From NCBI GenBank assembly GCA_030141605.1, contig JAQGDQ010000196.1, forward strand, positions 186,001 through 250,000: a DNA stretch of 64,000 bases. Reading direction: 5' to 3'. Every line of letters starts with the position of its first letter. The stretch's first letter is position 1. Positions 61,200-64,000 of the stretch are shown in pieces. The translations under genes were made by a program, and so were the position numbers. The DNA comes from Tubiluchus corallicola. Taxonomy: Eukaryota > Animalia > Priapulida. The notes beneath the pieces are model-generated. The model was not told the origin of the DNA and searched no databases. It was given only the letters and a program-made list of their open reading frames with translations.

Positions 61200-63721
61200 C
61201 CTTCTTTGTAGTTCTGAGAATTATGGAAAATTAAGGAAATTAGTTCTGTCGCCAATTTGGAAGTGTTTAAAATAGTGGCAGATTGTGTTTGATTTTGTTT
61301 TCATTGGAATAAACATGCCAGCTATTAGGTGACTTTTCGATACTACATTGATGCTCCTTGAGTTGTCATTGGTCCTTTACAGTTGTAATTCAGACATGTC
61401 ATCTTTACATTTTTGTACATTTTGTTAACAATGCAAAATTAGTTTACTTTTATTTACTACCATCCTTTTGTAACATAACTGATGCAGTAAAGGTCAAGTA
61501 AATTGCTTTACCTCCAGTCTGTTATTTTCATATATCATGTGGGCATTTTTCCTAGTTAATTTTTTATTTTGCAGGGCTTACAAGATGGTTGCTATTGAAG
61601 ACACAAAATTTCCACTTATTGCTGACAAAGGCAAAAAGGTAAGTTTACAAATATGCAATGTATGAATTGTCACTATGCCACTTTGAGCTGACTGCACACT
61701 TTCTCTAATAATGTGAGCAGTTCGTATTTGTTTAAATGAGTGACATTATAAAATTGTAAGCAAGCCTTGAAAAAATTCTTAAATTGATAACACAACAAGC
61801 TTTAAATACCTTTTTCCTCCTTATCAGTTAGATAAAATTCTGTGGCATTTCAATCCGTATGTGACATTAATACGCTAATCCTCTTTCATTAGGCACCCAA
61901 AATTTATTTTATTTTGAGCATCAGTTAATTTAATAAAATCTAAACACAATTTGTCTGCAAATGTCTTAACATGTGCGCTTACTGACATGATTCCATTATT
62001 CAGGTGACTAGTAGAAAGTTTCTAATCAAGTGACTTAGTTGCTTACATATGTCAGAACAAAACAATACTGGTCAATGTTAGGACATGTCTCTTAGCATAC
62101 AAGCCTTTTAACTCAACCAATTGCACTTCAGAAATGTTCAACTTGGAAGTGTTTAAAAGTCAAATCTCTTTAGAAAAAAGAGCTTACTGTAACTTGAAAT
62201 TTGACCCTAACTTTATTAACTTTTGTGGCTTCCTTCCTAGTGAAATCAGGCCTTGAAGTTGCATTTTTCCACAAATATTTTGTTTGGATTTGCTCGTGAA
62301 ACTTTGGAAAATCGCAGGCTAAACTAATGTGTTAGCAATGGCTTCCTTGGATACTGCATCGTTTCTGTGATGCTAAATTTGTAAACATTGCTACACAGCG
62401 AAATTGACACGTGATAACCAAATCAGCTGCGCTGACATCATCTAAAAAGCAAAATGCGTGAAATTAAGGCCCTGACTTTCTTCGGAAATGACACATTCGC
62501 ACCCGATCTCCTCTTGTATAAATCACGAAGAAAAAGTTAAGGGTATCAGAAAATCTTAGAGCAGAGCATTTTCTTTCTGTTTTTGTGTAAAACTGAAACT
62601 TCATAAAGTACGATGTATTTGACCTTTAAGCAGTATTTTACTACTTATAAACCATTTACCACTTATAACACATACCAGTATTAAGACAGTGTTGTTTTAA
62701 GGCAACTTTCTCAACACATTATCATTAGTATGAGTTGTTGCATTTGATTAATTGTGCATATTTCTTCACAGGCTCGTGTGCTAGCCACTATTGGACCAAC
62801 ACGAGGTCTAGGAGATCACGATTTGCGTGTTTTTGATACTAACTTGTATGTAAAACCATTTCTGTCTTCAGTACCTGAGGTAAGTTTATGATGACTTGTT
62901 ATGTTTATATTGTACCTTTTGCATGCCTGACACATTACAAGGTGACACCTGAGATTGTTAGCTTCAGATCAAAGTTCGATTTGTAAGCTTAGCTGGTCTT
63001 TAGTTTGTAAGCTGACAGGAACAAATCCTTTTTTCTAAGACGTTGGTATTGCAGTGTTTTAAAAACTACACGAATATAGAAAGAAGTTTCACTAATGTGA
63101 AAATGACTTATCACTAAGAACTAGTACAATTCATACAAAAATCCCATAATAAGCAAATGAAAGATACATAGTACCAGCTTACGTCTCGGTGAGCTATCTT
63201 AATGTAGGTGAAAGAATGTAAAATCAAAAAGTATCACTATCCATTTAGCATCCATTATTGAAAATATCAAGAAAACACAGATTATAGATGGATGCATGGA
63301 TCAAGAAATGAAAAGTCCTAATTTTGTTTTAAGAACAAAATGGATATTTTGCAACCCTTTACTCACACTGAAAAAGCAACCTATATCCAAAATATCCATA
63401 TTGAAAATATCAACTAAATCCAAATATTTTTCAACATATTTTTCATTATCTTATTTGTGGGATTTGTTTATTAATTAAAATCCCTGAGCTTTTAGTGTCG
63501 ACCAGTAGCAAATACTCATATTGGAAGTAACATGAATTACCATGATTAAATCTTGTTATGTCTATTTAGGTAGAAGTAATTGACCTTTCCACAGAGGAGT
63601 ATGGTCCTGATGATGTAGTAATTCTTGCCTCTGATGGATTATGGGATGTGACGAGCAATGAGACGGCAGCAGAAATTGTCATGTCGACACTCTCAAAATT
63701 TTCATTTAATGAACTCAGCAG
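48427..63721 (+). CDS. PPM1H: Protein phosphatase 1H-like (PPM/PP2C family, PPM1H/J/M group); 9 exons in window, continues beyond 64000
   Basis: Exons: 48427-48650, 53881-54058, 54567-54668, 55385-55549, 55945-56142, 59222-59340, 61575-61638, 62772-62879, 63570-63721 (GT-AG, phases consistent). Motifs: [67 protein letters not shown], flap [50 protein letters not shown]. No stop is reached within the window. Confidence 0.94.
48885..50480 (-). mobile_element. CR1-clade LINE ORF2 fragment (endonuclease to RT), degenerate, in PPM1H intron 1
   Basis: [27 protein letters not shown] (APE endonuclease); [46 protein letters not shown] (RT). Frameshifted and truncated at both ends. Confidence 0.92.
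50620..53200 (+). mobile_element. L2/Crack-type LINE ORF2 (mid-endonuclease to C-terminus), degenerate, in PPM1H intron 1
   Basis: [16 protein letters not shown]...[115 protein letters not shown]; several stops and frameshifts. Confidence 0.92.
57638..58205. repeat. Degenerate (CAC/ACC/ACA)n low-complexity tract with (GAT)n patches
   Basis: Strongly C/A-biased plus strand built from ccaca/cacac units; open in several frames on both strands. Confidence 0.85.
58469..59048. mobile_element. Possible DINE-1/HINE-like non-autonomous element containing (TA)n
   Basis: GC- and CpG-richer block starting AACAAG. It ends with the short inverted repeat ttcggt...accgaa enclosing a (TA)n microsatellite (58989-59030), the subTIR-plus-microsatellite layout of Helentron-associated elements. 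Confidence 0.4.
59820..59990 (-). mobile_element. Old SINE-like repeat remnant (family shared with 44745-44900)
   Basis: ggccacccatccagttagcagccaaaccagtcattgtctaatttcggttgat resembles the reverse complement of 5S-like SINE sequence; the upstream motif tggcagaggtgtcttagc is shared with the other copy. Confidence 0.3.
61035..61199. repeat. (GACT)n-like tract followed by (GA)n microsatellite
   Basis: tgactgactgactcactgactgag... at ~61050-61090 and a GA repeat at 61110-61199. Confidence 0.9.
62157..62625. mobile_element. Possible small Kolobok-type MITE (469 bp)
   Basis: ttaa|AAGTCAAAT ... ATTTGACCT|ttaa (8/9 inverted match, TTAA on both sides) with a CpG-richer interior. Confidence 0.45.
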
Positions 63722-64000
63722 GTAAACAAGAAAACATCATTTGTTTTTTTGTGATTTATATTTGCTGCTTTCAACTTTAACATAAAATTACACTCTAAAA
63801 TGGTTAATGGTACATGTTTACTTACATGCTAATTTTGGTAATCAAATATTAGATGAGCTGCATCTTGAGCAACAAAATTTTATTGAGAAAAGTTTTTTGT
63901 TCTATAAAGTATCTTTGTTAGCTTCATTATATTAGTGTCAAAATTATTAAGTTGATGTTTAATATAATGCCAGCACTAAAAGTACTATGATGTGGATGAA

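Overview
AT-rich, intron-rich animal genomic DNA from an invertebrate metazoan; the species cannot be identified from the sequence. There are no prokaryotic features, CRISPR arrays, rRNA or intact tRNA genes. Three spliced genes were reconstructed by hand with consistent intron phases. (1) RAD54L2/ARIP4 SNF2-family helicase (+, 22 coding exons, 8822-30893, ~2383 aa), with one GC-AG intron, three SUMO-interaction motifs, an AT-hook, a ~318-aa inter-lobe insertion and a long low-complexity tail. (2) AS3MT arsenite methyltransferase (-, 9 coding exons, 47000-35622, 403 aa), with a Cys/Gly-rich tail. (3) A PPM1H-like PP2C phosphatase (+, 48427 to beyond the window end), head-to-head with AS3MT. 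A probable fourth gene starts on the minus strand at 2597 (MAPDREQ). Introns carry CR1, L2/Crack and RTE LINE fragments, two inverted copies of a TTAA-flanked Kolobok-type element, hAT and Tigger-like MITEs, a Helitron/Helentron-type element with a 149-bp tandem array, SINE relics and microsatellites. The most notable observation is an 18-bp overlapping E-box/ARE/MRE element (TCACGTGACAATGCACAC, 48186-48203) with a nearby CTCF-like site in the short AS3MT/PPM1H divergent promoter. Together with the metallothionein-like AS3MT tail, it suggests (by inference only) an inducible arsenic-handling module.
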